NCBI GenBank assembly: GCA_026005095.1
Contig: BPKK01000010.1
Coordinates: 10,512 to 74,511, forward strand
Direction: 5' to 3'
Length of the DNA: 64,000 nt
Source of the DNA: Silanimonas sp.
Lineage (GTDB): Bacteria > Pseudomonadota > Gammaproteobacteria > Xanthomonadales > Xanthomonadaceae
Shown: in pieces, positions 43,868 to 53,609 of the stretch
Position numbering within the stretch: the first letter of the stretch is position 1
Layout: each line of letters starts with the position of its first letter
Notes under the pieces: model-generated
Seen by the model: the letters and a program-made list of their open reading frames with translations, nothing else
Databases searched by the model: none
Told to the model about the DNA's origin: nothing
Translations under genes and position numbers: made by a program

Positions 43868-44651
43868 GAGCGCGCTTCTACTTTCCTGTGCGGCGCGGGC
43901 GGAACTGGCCGCCTTCGCCCACCGTGCCGAGGTCGGCTCGACCCAGGACTGGGCCGCTGCCGAGGCTCTGCCCGCGCGTGGCTGCGCGGTCTACCTCGCC
44001 GACCGCCAGACGGCGGGTCGCGGCCGCCGGGGGCGCGTCTGGCATACCGAGCCCGGCGGGGCGCTGGCCTTCACCGTGGCGCGGCGCTTCGCCCTGCCGC
44101 CGCGTGCCTTGCCGCCGCTGGCTCTGGTGGCGGGCCTGGCCGTGGCCGAGGGCCTGCATGCGCTGGGGGCCACGGCGGTGCGGCTGAAATGGCCGAACGA
44201 CCTGTTACTGGAAGGCGCCAAGCTCGGCGGCCTTCTGGTGGAGGGCCGCGAGGGCGGGGCGCTGGTGGGGGTTGGCCTCAATCTGCGTCTCGGCGCGGCC
44301 GGTGGATCGGCGGGGGAGGGGGCGGCGGTCGGTGCGGCGCCCGAGGCCCTGCCGCGTACCGATCTCGCCGCGGCCGGAGTACCGTCGGCGGCCCCGGCGG
44401 TGCTGGCAGCCCTGCTGGAGGCCTTGCTGCCGGCCCTGGCCCGCTTCGAGCGCGAGGGCTTCGCCCCTTTCCACGCGCAGTGGCCGCGCTTCGATGCCCT
44501 GGCCGGCCGCCGCGTGCGCCTGCTGGCCGGGGAGACCGTGCTGGAAGGCGAGGTGCTGGGCCTCGCCGCCGACGGGGGGCTGCGGGTGCGGCATGCCGAG
44601 GGCGAGCGCGTGCACCATGCCGGTGAGGTGAGCCTGCGTGTGGCTGCTTGA
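43860..44651 (+). CDS. birA: Biotin-[acetyl-CoA-carboxylase] ligase, monofunctional (no N-terminal HTH)
   Basis: GSTQ, QTAGRGRRGRVW, KWPND, KLGGLLVE, GVGLN. Confidence 0.9.
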   Translation: MSESALLLSCAARAELAAFAHRAEVGSTQDWAAAEALPARGCAVYLADRQTAGRGRRGRVWHTEPGGALAFTVARRFALPPRALPPLALVAGLAVAEGLHALGATAVRLKWPNDLLLEGAKLGGLLVEGREGGALVGVGLNLRLGAAGGSAGEGAAVGAAPEALPRTDLAAAGVPSAAPAVLAALLEALLPALARFEREGFAPFHAQWPRFDALAGRRVRLLAGETVLEGEVLGLAADGGLRVRHAEGERVHHAGEVSLRVAA

Positions 44652-45378
44652 CCTCGGCAACACCCGGCTGAAGTTGGCCTGGGCCGACGCGGCAGGCCTC
44701 GGGCCGGTGAGCGCGCTCGCGCATGGCGAGCCGGACTTCGAGGCCCGGCTGGCGCGCCTGCTCGCCTCCCGGCCGGCGGCGCCGGCCTGCCTCGCCAGCG
44801 TGGCCCCGGTAGGCCTGCGGCTGCGGGTGGAGGCAGTACTGCAAAACCTCGGCATCGTTCCGCGGCGGGCCGAGACCCGGGCCGAATGCGCCGGGGTACG
44901 CATCGCCTATGCGGACCCGGCGCGGCTCGGCGTCGATCGCTTCCTCGGCCTGCTCGCCGCCCACCGCCGGGGCGGCGACTGGCTGGTGGCCAGCTTCGGC
45001 AGTGCCCTCACCCTCGACCTGCTCGATGCCCGTGGCCGCCATCGCGGCGGCCTGATCGGCATTGCCGAGCAGCATCAGCGCGAGGCCCTCGTCGAGCGCT
45101 TCCCGGCCTTACAGCGGGGCTCCGGCGAGCCGGCCCTGGCCTGGGCCACCGATACCGCCGATGCGGTGGCGGCCGGCGCAAGGCGGCAGGCGCTGGGCCT
45201 CGTGATGGCGGCCTGGGACGATGCCTGTGCCGAGCTCGGACACCCGCCCCGCCTCCTGCTGGGCGGCGGTGATGCTTTCCGGCATGCCGATGCCCTGCGC
45301 CGGCGGCTGGGGGCCGAAGTCGAGCTGAGCGAGGGCCTGGTGCTGGAAGGGCTGGCGGTGTTCGCCGGGCTGGCGTAG
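44638..45378 (+). CDS. coaX: Type III pantothenate kinase
   Basis: LLDLGNTRLK, YADPARLGVDR, FGSALTLD, GGLI. Confidence 0.9.
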   Translation: MWLLDLGNTRLKLAWADAAGLGPVSALAHGEPDFEARLARLLASRPAAPACLASVAPVGLRLRVEAVLQNLGIVPRRAETRAECAGVRIAYADPARLGVDRFLGLLAAHRRGGDWLVASFGSALTLDLLDARGRHRGGLIGIAEQHQREALVERFPALQRGSGEPALAWATDTADAVAAGARRQALGLVMAAWDDACAELGHPPRLLLGGGDAFRHADALRRRLGAEVELSEGLVLEGLAVFAGLA

Positions 45379-45425
45379 CGGCGCTGCCGTGGCCGGTTTC
45401 GTGGAAAGCGGCCGCTACGCCAGCC
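45368..45425. repeat. 15-bp perfect inverted repeat containing GTAG/CTAC (REP/REPIN-like) between convergent genes
   Basis: GGCTGGCGTAGCGGC (45368-45382) and GCCGCTACGCCAGCC (45411-45425). Confidence 0.7.
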
Positions 45426-45472
45426 AGCGCGACCGCGACCTCAGCCGCTCCTGCGCCTCGACTGCCCGCCGC

Positions 45473-45958
45473 TCACTCCAGCAGGGCCCTGAGCATCCAC
45501 GCCGCCTTCTCGTGGGCTTTGAGCCGCACGGTGAGCAGGTCGCAGGTGGGCTGGTCGTTTGCCGCTTCCGCCACCTTGAACACTCTGCGCGCGGTGCGGG
45601 CGCAGGTGTCGTGGCCCTCGACCAGCTGCTCGACCATGCCGCGCCAGTCGGGTACGCCGCTCTCCTCCTTCACGCTCGCGAGCTTCGCGAACTGCGCCCC
45701 CGAACCGGGAGCGAAGTGGTCGAGGGCGCGGATTCGCTCCGCGATCTCGTCCAGCGCCATCCACAGCTCGTTGTACTGCGTCATGAACATGGCGTGCAGG
45801 CTGTTGAACATCGGCCCGGTCACGTTCCAGTGGAAGGCGTGGGTCTTGAGGTAGAGCGTGTAGGAATCGGCGAGCAAGGCCGAGAGGCCCTCGGCGAGCT
45901 TCCTGCGGTCCTTGGCGGTGATACCGTTGTCGACCTTGGGGGTGCTGGATTTGGCCAT
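45473..45958 (-). CDS. dps: Dps-family DNA-protecting ferritin
   Basis: KTHAFHWNVTG, LHAMF, DEIAERI, HEKAAWML; GGAG RBS. Confidence 0.95.
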   Translation of the reverse strand: MAKSSTPKVDNGITAKDRRKLAEGLSALLADSYTLYLKTHAFHWNVTGPMFNSLHAMFMTQYNELWMALDEIAERIRALDHFAPGSGAQFAKLASVKEESGVPDWRGMVEQLVEGHDTCARTARRVFKVAEAANDQPTCDLLTVRLKAHEKAAWMLRALLE

Positions 45959-46049
45959 GGTGGTTCTCCCGGTGGGCTTTCCCGCAGGGTAGCGCCCCTC
46001 TTTGCCCCAGGGCCACCTCACCCCGACCAGCCGCTACACTGCGCGCCCC

Positions 46050-49000
46050 ATGCGCGAGCCTGCCGAGCACCCCGTCGCGCCCGCGCCCCGCGCCGCGCGC
46101 TCCGACCCGCTGGACCGCGTCCTTGCCAAGGACCGCGGCGCCCTGCTGCGCCTGCAGAAGCGGCTGGCCGAGGCCCGGGGCGAGGCGCGGGCGGCAGCCC
46201 GGCAGGCGCTGGAGCAGGCCCTCGAGCGCTCGCGCGCGGCTTACGAGGCACGGCGCGCACGCCTGCCCGAGCCGCGCATCGACACCGAGCTGCCGATCGG
46301 CCGCGAGGCCGAGGCGATCGTCGGTTTGATCCAGAAGCACCAGGTCGTGGTGATCGCCGGCGAGACCGGCTCGGGCAAGACCACCCAGCTGCCCAAGCTC
46401 TGCCTCGCGGCCGGGCGCGGCGCGGCGGGCCTGATCGGCTGCACCCAGCCGCGCCGGATCGCCGCGCGTGCCGTGGCGAAGCGCGTCGCCGAGGAACTGC
46501 AGGTGCCGCTGGGCAAGGAGGTCGGCTGGCAGGTGCGCTTCACCGAGCAGGTGGCCGAGGACACGCTGATCAAGTTCATGACCGACGGTATTCTGCTGGC
46601 CGAGATCCAGAAGGACCGCTGGCTCTCGGCCTACGACACGATCATCGTCGACGAGGCGCACGAGCGCTCGCTCAACATCGATTTCCTCTTGGGCTACCTG
46701 AAGGGCCTGCTGCGGAAGCGCCGCGACCTCAAGCTCATCGTTACCTCGGCCACCATCGATACCGAGCGCTTCGCCCGCCACTTCGACGGCGCGCCGGTGA
46801 TCAGCGTCGAGGGCCGCAGCTATCCCGTTGAGGTGCGCTACCGGCCGCTCGAGGACACCAATGCCGATGTCGCGTCGAAGCCGGATCCCGAAAGATCGCT
46901 GTACGAGGGCCTGCTGGCGGCCTGCGACGAGATCACCCGCGAGGATGCCCGTGGCGACGTGTTGGTGTTCCTGCCGGGCGAGCGCGAGATCCGTGAGGTG
47001 CACCACCTGTTGGAGCGGCGGAAGTACCGCGAGACCGAAGTGCTGCCGCTCTACGCCAGGCTCTCGGCCAAGGACCAGGATCGTGTGTTCAATCCGGGGC
47101 CGAAGCGGCGCATCGTGCTGGCCACCAACGTGGCCGAGACCTCGCTCACCGTGCCGCGTATTCGCTACGTGATCGACCCGGGCACGGCGCGGGTGAAGCG
47201 CTACAGCCCGCGGATGAAGCTCGACCGCCTGCACATCGAGGACATTTCCCAAGCCAGCGCCGACCAGCGCAAGGGCCGCTGCGGCCGCGTGTCCTCCGGC
47301 ATCTGCTACCGGCTCTATAGCGAGGAGGACTTCAACCGCCGGCCGCGCTACACCGATCCGGAACTGCTGCGTTCCTCGCTGGCCGGCGTGATTCTGCGCA
47401 TGCTCTCGCTGGGCCTCGGCCGGGTGGAGGATTTCCCCTTCATCGATGCGCCGGACCCGCGTGCCGTGGTGGATGGCTGGCAGCAGCTCACCGAGCTCGG
47501 CGCCGTCGACAGGCAGCGCCAGCTCACCCCGGTCGGCAGGCAGATGGCCGCCTTCGCCGTCGACGTGAAACTGGCCCGGATGCTGATCGCCGCGAAAGAG
47601 CGCGGGGCCCTGCGCGAGATGCTGGTGATCGCCAGTTTCCTCGGCGTGCAGGACCCGCGCGAACGCCCGGCCGAGGCACGCGAGGCTGCCGACCGGGCCC
47701 ATGCGGCCTTTGCCGACGAGCGCTCGGAGTTCGTCGGCATCCTCAAGCTCTGGGAGGCCTATCGCGCCGCGCACGAGGCGCTCTCGCAGTCGAAGCTGCG
47801 CGACTGGTGCGGGCAACGCTTCCTCAGCTTTCTTAGGATGCGCGAGTGGCGCGAGCTGCATCGCCAGCTGCTGCTCAACTGCGAGGCGCTGGGGTGGGCG
47901 CAGAACGAGGCGCCGGCCGATTACGCCGATCTGCACCGTGCCCTGCTCAGCGGCCTTGCACTGCAGGTGGGACACCGCTCCGAGAAGGGGCTGTACGTGG
48001 CGCCGCGCAGCCGAAAGTTCGGTCTGTTCCCAGCCTCGACGCTGGCCTCCAAGCCGCCGCCCTGGGTACTGTGCGCCACCCTGCTCGATACGGCGAAGGT
48101 CTGGGGCATCACCGCCGCGAAGATCGAGCCGGAATGGGTGATCGATGCCGTGCCACACCTGCTCTCGCGCCGGCACTTCGACCCCCACTGGTCGCGGCGA
48201 CAGGGGCGGGTGCAGGGCTCGGAGCAGATCGGCCTGTTCGGCCTCGTGCTGCTGCCACGCAAGCCGGTGCACTACGGCGCCCTGTATCCCGACGAGGCGC
48301 GCGAGATCTTCGTGCGCCAGGCACTGGTGACGGGCGAGATCGATACCCGCATCCCACTGGTGAAGCGCAACCTCGCCATGCTGGCGCGGGCGCAGGAAGA
48401 GGAAGCCAAGCAGCGCCGCGCCGGCCTCGTCGTCGACGAGGACTGGCAAGCGCGCTGGTACCTCGACCGCCTGCCCCCCGAGGTGCACAACACGGCGGCG
48501 CTGGAGGCCTGGTACGGCAGGCTCGATCCGGCATCGAAGAAGGCGCTGGAGTGGCCGCTCGCTGAGCTGATGTCGGTGGAAGGCAGCGGCGTCGAGCGCT
48601 TTCCCGGATTCCTGCCGCTCGGCGATACGCGGCTCAGGCTGCACTACCGCTTCGAGCCGGGACATGCCGAGGACGGAGTGACGCTGGACGTGCCCCTGCA
48701 TCTGCTGCCGGCCCTCGATGCCGCGCGGCTCACCTGGCTGGTACCGGGCCTGGTCGAGGAAAAGGCCGCCGCACTGATCCGGGGGCTTCCAAAGGCGCTG
48801 CGGCGCCATTTCGTGCCGGCGCCCGACTTCGCCCGCGCCTTCGCCTTCGCCTATCCGGACGGCGATGCGGACAGCCTCATGGGCGCCCTCGCCCGTTTCC
48901 TTGCGAGGGCGACGGGTATCGAGATCTCGCCGCTCGACTTCGACGAGGCCGCGCTCGAACCGCATCTGCGCATGAACCTGCGCGTCGGCGAAGTAGAAGC

Positions 49001-50018
49001 GCTGGAAGGCCTGCCCACCGGCGCCCACGCCCGTGATGCGCGCGGGCCGCGTTTCCGGGTGCTGGGCCAGTCGCGCTCGCTCGATGAACTGAAAGCGCGA
49101 TTCGGCATCGAAGCCGAGAGGGCTTTCGCCGCACGGGCCGGAGAGCGCCTGGCCCGTGAGGGCCTGCGTGAGTTTCCTGCCGAGCCGGTTCCACTCGAGA
49201 TCGCCGGGGCCGGCGGCCTGCCGGCCTTTCCTGCGCTGGTGCCCGAAGGCGAGGGAGTCGCCTTGCGCGTTCTCGCCGACCGCGAGGCTGCCGCCGTCGC
49301 GCATGCCGGTGGTGTGCTGCGCCTCGCCGAGATCGCGCTTGCCGATACGGTGAAGCAGGCCCGCCGGCAGCTGCCGCTCAATCCGAAGACGGCCATGGTC
49401 TACACCGCCGTGGCCACGGCCGAGCAGTTGCGCGCCGACCTCGTCGAAAAGGCGCTGGCCGCCCTGTTGGAGGCAGGGCAGGGCGGTGGGGCGCTGGCTG
49501 CGATCCGCGACCGCGAGGCCTTCCAGAAGGCCATCGGCGCGGTGAGGCAGAAACTGTTCGGCGAGGCGATGGCGCGGCTCAGGACCGCCGAGGCGGTGCT
49601 GGCCCTCTATGCCGAGATCCGCCCGAAGCTGGAGGCGCCGGTGATGGGCTGGGCGAAGGCGAACCTCGACGATCTTCGCGCCCAACTGGCGGGGCTCGTG
49701 CATCCGGGCTTCGTACGCGAGACGCCCCCCGGGGCCTTCGAGGAACTGCCGCGCTATCTCAAGGCGCTGGCCCTGCGCGCCGAGCGCGCTCTGCGCGACC
49801 CCGCGCGCGACCAGCAGCGGATGCTGGAGCTGAAGCCTTTCGTCGATGCACTGGACGAGGCGCGGCGCCGCGGGCTCGCAGGCCAGCCCGGCTGGCAGGC
49901 CCTGCGTTGGGACCTCGAGGAGCTGCGCGTCTCGCTGTTTGCCCAGGAGCTGGGCACGAAGCGACCGGTTTCCGCCAAGCGCCTCGCCAAACAGCTCGAA
50001 GCGCTGCGGGCCGCTTGA
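46050..50018 (+). CDS. hrpA: ATP-dependent RNA helicase HrpA
   Basis: GETGSGKTTQ, DEAH, SAT, QRKGRCGR; C-terminal EELRVSLFAQELGT. Confidence 0.95.
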   Translation: MREPAEHPVAPAPRAARSDPLDRVLAKDRGALLRLQKRLAEARGEARAAARQALEQALERSRAAYEARRARLPEPRIDTELPIGREAEAIVGLIQKHQVVVIAGETGSGKTTQLPKLCLAAGRGAAGLIGCTQPRRIAARAVAKRVAEELQVPLGKEVGWQVRFTEQVAEDTLIKFMTDGILLAEIQKDRWLSAYDTIIVDEAHERSLNIDFLLGYLKGLLRKRRDLKLIVTSATIDTERFARHFDGAPVISVEGRSYPVEVRYRPLEDTNADVASKPDPERSLYEGLLAACDEITREDARGDVLVFLPGEREIREVHHLLERRKYRETEVLPLYARLSAKDQDRVFNPGPKRRIVLATNVAETSLTVPRIRYVIDPGTARVKRYSPRMKLDRLHIEDISQASADQRKGRCGRVSSGICYRLYSEEDFNRRPRYTDPELLRSSLAGVILRMLSLGLGRVEDFPFIDAPDPRAVVDGWQQLTELGAVDRQRQLTPVGRQMAAFAVDVKLARMLIAAKERGALREMLVIASFLGVQDPRERPAEAREAADRAHAAFADERSEFVGILKLWEAYRAAHEALSQSKLRDWCGQRFLSFLRMREWRELHRQLLLNCEALGWAQNEAPADYADLHRALLSGLALQVGHRSEKGLYVAPRSRKFGLFPASTLASKPPPWVLCATLLDTAKVWGITAAKIEPEWVIDAVPHLLSRRHFDPHWSRRQGRVQGSEQIGLFGLVLLPRKPVHYGALYPDEAREIFVRQALVTGEIDTRIPLVKRNLAMLARAQEEEAKQRRAGLVVDEDWQARWYLDRLPPEVHNTAALEAWYGRLDPASKKALEWPLAELMSVEGSGVERFPGFLPLGDTRLRLHYRFEPGHAEDGVTLDVPLHLLPALDAARLTWLVPGLVEEKAAALIRGLPKALRRHFVPAPDFARAFAFAYPDGDADSLMGALARFLARATGIEISPLDFDEAALEPHLRMNLRVGEVEALEGLPTGAHARDARGPRFRVLGQSRSLDELKARFGIEAERAFAARAGERLAREGLREFPAEPVPLEIAGAGGLPAFPALVPEGEGVALRVLADREAAAVAHAGGVLRLAEIALADTVKQARRQLPLNPKTAMVYTAVATAEQLRADLVEKALAALLEAGQGGGALAAIRDREAFQKAIGAVRQKLFGEAMARLRTAEAVLALYAEIRPKLEAPVMGWAKANLDDLRAQLAGLVHPGFVRETPPGAFEELPRYLKALALRAERALRDPARDQQRMLELKPFVDALDEARRRGLAGQPGWQALRWDLEELRVSLFAQELGTKRPVSAKRLAKQLEALRAA

Positions 50019-50051
50019 GCCGGCAGAGCCAGTGCCGGCCCCCGGGCAGGC

Positions 50052-50549
50052 TTACTGCACGCGGACGACGCGGGCGCGGGTGTTGTAGCCCTCCACACGC
50101 AGCTGCCAGCCACCGAGGGCATTCCGCTCGATGGTGACACGGGGATCGGTGAGATCCACCCGCAGCCGGGTGGAGGAGTCCGTCACCCGCCAGACTTGGC
50201 CATTGGCCAGGGTGATGAGGTCGCCTGCGCCATTCCAGCCGGTGAATCGACCGGCCACACGCGATTCCACCCGATCAGGGCCACTGGTGCCGCCGAAGAA
50301 TCCGGAAGCCGGGAAGCCCGTACGGTCCTCGGTGGCCGCCGGGGGCGAGGACACCGCCGTGGCGCCCGATCCATGCCGCTGCAGCCAGGCGTTCAACGCG
50401 GCCAGTTCCTCCTCGCTCAGTTTGTCGAGGCCGGCACGCTTGAAGTCGGCCGCGCTCATGCGTTCCTCCAGAGTGGAGACCTGCTGGGCGCCGGCGGCGA
50501 AGGGCAGCAGGGCAACGGCCAGAGCGAGGGCAAGAACGGGTGGCCGCAT
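50052..50549 (-). CDS. Hypothetical secreted protein
   Basis: GAGG RBS; signal peptide ..AAGA-QQ; helical LEERMS..AGLDKLSEEELAALNAWL, then a beta-rich domain. Confidence 0.75.
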   Translation of the reverse strand: MRPPVLALALAVALLPFAAGAQQVSTLEERMSAADFKRAGLDKLSEEELAALNAWLQRHGSGATAVSSPPAATEDRTGFPASGFFGGTSGPDRVESRVAGRFTGWNGAGDLITLANGQVWRVTDSSTRLRVDLTDPRVTIERNALGGWQLRVEGYNTRARVVRVQ

Positions 50550-50607
50550 GGCGAAATCCTCGGTATCGGTTGTGGAGGGAAAGGCCCCAAGTCTACCCTC
50601 GGCCGTC

Positions 50608-52707
50608 GTGAAAGCCGCAGCCTCTCGTGCCATCGATCCTGAGCAGGCCCTCGCCGAGTGGCCGGCGCTGGCTGCGCGCGTCGCCCTCGCGGATGCGCCG
50701 GCGCTGGCCGCGCGCCGGGCGCTGGAAGTGCTGGCGGCCCTGTCCCCTGATCGCGAGATGCAGTGGGCAACGGCCCTGGCAGCCCTGGGCGAGGCCGCGC
50801 CGTCGCTCGATTCGGCCCCGGTGGCGGGGCGGCTGCCGGCGATGCTGGAGGGTATCCGCGCCGCCGAGCAGGTCTGGGCCCTGCATGCCCGGCCGGAGGG
50901 GCGGGCCAATGCCGAGGGCCTGCGCCGCCTGCTGCTCGCCATCGTCCGCGATCTGCGGGTGGTGCCGGTGCTGCTCGCCCTGCAGCTCGCCCGGCTGCGT
51001 GCCGCCGCCGCCCTGCCCGATGCCGAGCGCCTGGCCCTTGCCCGGCTGGCGGCCGATCTGTTGGCTCCGCTCGCCAATCGCCTCGGCATCTGGCAGCTGA
51101 AGTGGGAGATCGAGGACCTCGCTTTTCGCCACCTGCAGCCCGAGACCTATCAGCGCATCGCCCGCCTGCTCGACGAGAAGCGGGTGGCGCGCGAGCAGTA
51201 CATCGAGGAGGTGAAGCGGCAGTTGCGCGAGGCGCTGGCGGCCGCTGGCATCGAGGCCGAGGTGGCGGGGCGGCCGAAGCACATCTACAGCATTTGGAAG
51301 AAGATGCAGCGCAAGGGCGTGCCCTTCGGCGAGCTCTACGATATCCGTGCGGTGCGGGTGCTGGTGGCCGATGTGGCGGACTGCTATGCCGCACTCGGCG
51401 TGGTACACCAGGTCTGGACGCCGATCGCCCGGGAATTCGACGACTACATCGCCCGCCCCAAGGGCAATGGTTACCGCAGCCTGCATACCGCGGTGATCGG
51501 CCCCGAGGGGCGCACCGTGGAGGTACAGATCCGCACCCGCGACATGCACGAGCAGGCCGAGCTCGGTGTGGCCGCGCACTGGCGCTACAAGGAGGGGGGC
51601 GGGGCCGATGCCAGCTTCGAGCGCAAGATCGCCTGGATGCGCCAGCTGCTCGAGGCCAGCGAAGGCGACGAGCAGGCCCTGCAGGCCGGCCTGCGCACCG
51701 ATCTCGTGGAGGACCGGGTCTATGTGCTCACGCCGCAGGGCAAGGTGATCGATCTGCCGCGCGGGGCCACGGTGCTCGATTTCGCCTATGCCGTGCATAC
51801 CGAGGTGGGGCACCGCTGCCGCGGCGCCAAGGTGAACGGCCGCATCGTCACCCTCGACCACGCCCCGGCCACCGGCGACGTGGTGGAGATCCTCACCGGG
51901 AAAGAGGCCGCACCGCGCCGCGACTGGCTGCTGCCGGCGAACGGCTATCTCGTCACCGGCCGGGCGCGCGACAAGGTGCGCGCCTGGTTCCACAAGCTCG
52001 ACCGGGCGCAGAACCTCGCCGAGGGCCGCGAACTGCTGGAAAAGGAGCTTCGCCGCCTCGGCCTCATCGGCGCCGATCTCGCGCCGGTGCTGCCGAAGCT
52101 GCGTGTGGCCACGGTGGACGACCTGATGGTGGCGCTCTCGCTGGGCGACATCGGGCCGGCCCAGGTGAGCCGTGCCCTGCACGAGGCGCAGCAGCCCAAG
52201 GAGCCGAACCCGCTGCCGCCGGTTCCGGCCGCGGCCGCGCGCGACCGGGTGGGGGCGCGGCACGACAGTTTCGTGGTGGAGGGCGTGGGCAACCTGCTGA
52301 CCCAGCTCGCGCGCTGCTGCCAGCCGGTGCCGGGCGATGCCATCGCCGGCTACCTGACACGCGGCCGCGGCATCAGCGTGCACCGCGCCGACTGTGCCGC
52401 GCTCGCCCGGCTGCTGGCCCGCGATCCGGACCGCGCCATGCCGGTGGCCTGGGGCCGCGCCGGTGGCACCTATGCCGTCGATGTCGCCATCCAGGGCTTC
52501 GACCGCAAGTCGCTGCTCAAGGACATCACCACCCTGATCGCCCAGGAGGGCGTGCACATCCATGCCATCGCCTCGCGTGCCGACGATGGCCGCGGCCTCG
52601 TCGACCTCCGGCTGACGCTCAAGGTCTCGGATTTCGGCCAGCTCTCGCGCCTGCTGGCGCGGCTCGCCGGCGTGCCCGGCGTGCGCGACGCGCGGCGGGT
52701 GGGCTGA
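50608..52707 (+). CDS. relA: (p)ppGpp synthetase RelA
   Basis: APLANRLG, GRPKHIYSIWKKM, KGNGYRSLHT, EVQIRT, TGS (DFAYAVHTEVG), CC motif, ACT domain. HD hydrolase motif absent. Start uncertain. Confidence 0.92.
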   Translation: MKAAASRAIDPEQALAEWPALAARVALADAPALAARRALEVLAALSPDREMQWATALAALGEAAPSLDSAPVAGRLPAMLEGIRAAEQVWALHARPEGRANAEGLRRLLLAIVRDLRVVPVLLALQLARLRAAAALPDAERLALARLAADLLAPLANRLGIWQLKWEIEDLAFRHLQPETYQRIARLLDEKRVAREQYIEEVKRQLREALAAAGIEAEVAGRPKHIYSIWKKMQRKGVPFGELYDIRAVRVLVADVADCYAALGVVHQVWTPIAREFDDYIARPKGNGYRSLHTAVIGPEGRTVEVQIRTRDMHEQAELGVAAHWRYKEGGGADASFERKIAWMRQLLEASEGDEQALQAGLRTDLVEDRVYVLTPQGKVIDLPRGATVLDFAYAVHTEVGHRCRGAKVNGRIVTLDHAPATGDVVEILTGKEAAPRRDWLLPANGYLVTGRARDKVRAWFHKLDRAQNLAEGRELLEKELRRLGLIGADLAPVLPKLRVATVDDLMVALSLGDIGPAQVSRALHEAQQPKEPNPLPPVPAAAARDRVGARHDSFVVEGVGNLLTQLARCCQPVPGDAIAGYLTRGRGISVHRADCAALARLLARDPDRAMPVAWGRAGGTYAVDVAIQGFDRKSLLKDITTLIAQEGVHIHAIASRADDGRGLVDLRLTLKVSDFGQLSRLLARLAGVPGVRDARRVG

Positions 52708-53609
52708 TGCACCGGCGTCTCGTCCTACTGGCCCTGCTCGGCGGGCTGCTGGCGGCGATCCTGCTGCTGCGCGGGCCGCTTGGCCGCTGGCTGTACCCGG
52801 ATGCCGCGCTCGACGGCCTTCTGGCGGCGGCCGATGCGGCGATGGCCGAAGGCGATGTGCTGCGGGCCGCGACCCTGCTGCAGGCGGCCGCGGCGCGTAG
52901 CCCCGACCATCCGCGCCTGCCCGTGGAGCGGACCGAGGCCGTGGGCATTGCGTTGGCACGGGTAGACGCCCTGCTCGGCGGGTCGCCGTCGGTCCAGCCG
53001 CTGGCGGCGGCAGCCCGGGCCGAGGTCGAGACTCTGCTGGCTGCGGCCCAGGCGCTCGGTGCGCCGAGCGATGCACTCGAGCTGCGGCGCCGGCGTCTCG
53101 CCGAGCGGGCCGAGCCCTCGATCGAGGTGCTGCTGCAGCGGGCCATGGCGGCCGAGCAGACGGACCCCGAGGCGGCGCTCGCCGACTACCTTCGGGTGCT
53201 TGCGCGCGAACCGGAGAACGCCCTCGCCCGGCATGGTCGGCAGCAGGTGCTTTCGGCCTGGCTGGGCCTGGCGGTGGCGGAGATCGAGCGCGGCGAGTGG
53301 GAGTCGGCCCGCCTGCGGCTGCGACGGGTACGCGCGCTCGATCCGGGGCATGTTGACCTGCCGGGGGTCGAGGCCCGGCTCGCCGGACGCCATGGCCGTG
53401 CTGCAGGGCCGCTCCCGGATCCGGCCCTGCGGGCCGGACGCTCGCGCGAGGCCCTGCGCTGGCTTGGTCTGGCCGAAGAAGCCCTGGGCCGCGGCGCCCT
53501 CGACACCGCCCGGCGCGCCCTCGACCAAGCCGCCCTGCTGGCCCCGGAGGCGCCGGAGCGCGAGGCGCTCGAGCAGCGCTACCGCCACGCCCTCAGCGCA
53601 GCTCGCTGA
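52707..53609 (+). CDS. Hypothetical N-terminally anchored all-helical (TPR-like) protein
   Basis: TGATG coupling to relA; N-terminal TM; TPR-like segments (VLAREPENALA, ALDPGHVDL, AALLAPEAPE). Confidence 0.7.
   Translation: MHRRLVLLALLGGLLAAILLLRGPLGRWLYPDAALDGLLAAADAAMAEGDVLRAATLLQAAAARSPDHPRLPVERTEAVGIALARVDALLGGSPSVQPLAAAARAEVETLLAAAQALGAPSDALELRRRRLAERAEPSIEVLLQRAMAAEQTDPEAALADYLRVLAREPENALARHGRQQVLSAWLGLAVAEIERGEWESARLRLRRVRALDPGHVDLPGVEARLAGRHGRAAGPLPDPALRAGRSREALRWLGLAEEALGRGALDTARRALDQAALLAPEAPEREALEQRYRHALSAAR

Noticed and set aside
43860-44651. BirA lacking its DNA-binding domain as a possible truncation
   Set aside because: Monofunctional group I biotin ligases are common, and the start is coupled to plsY.
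45441-49703. Very long antisense and alternate-frame ORFs (e.g. 1420 aa here; also 1290-4214, 21126-23936, 40506-43190)
   Set aside because: Shadow ORFs caused by stop-codon scarcity in high-GC DNA. They overlap well-supported genes and lack recognisable motifs.
50608-51050. Missing HD hydrolase motif in the RSH protein
   Set aside because: Expected for gammaproteobacterial RelA, which has a degenerate hydrolase domain.
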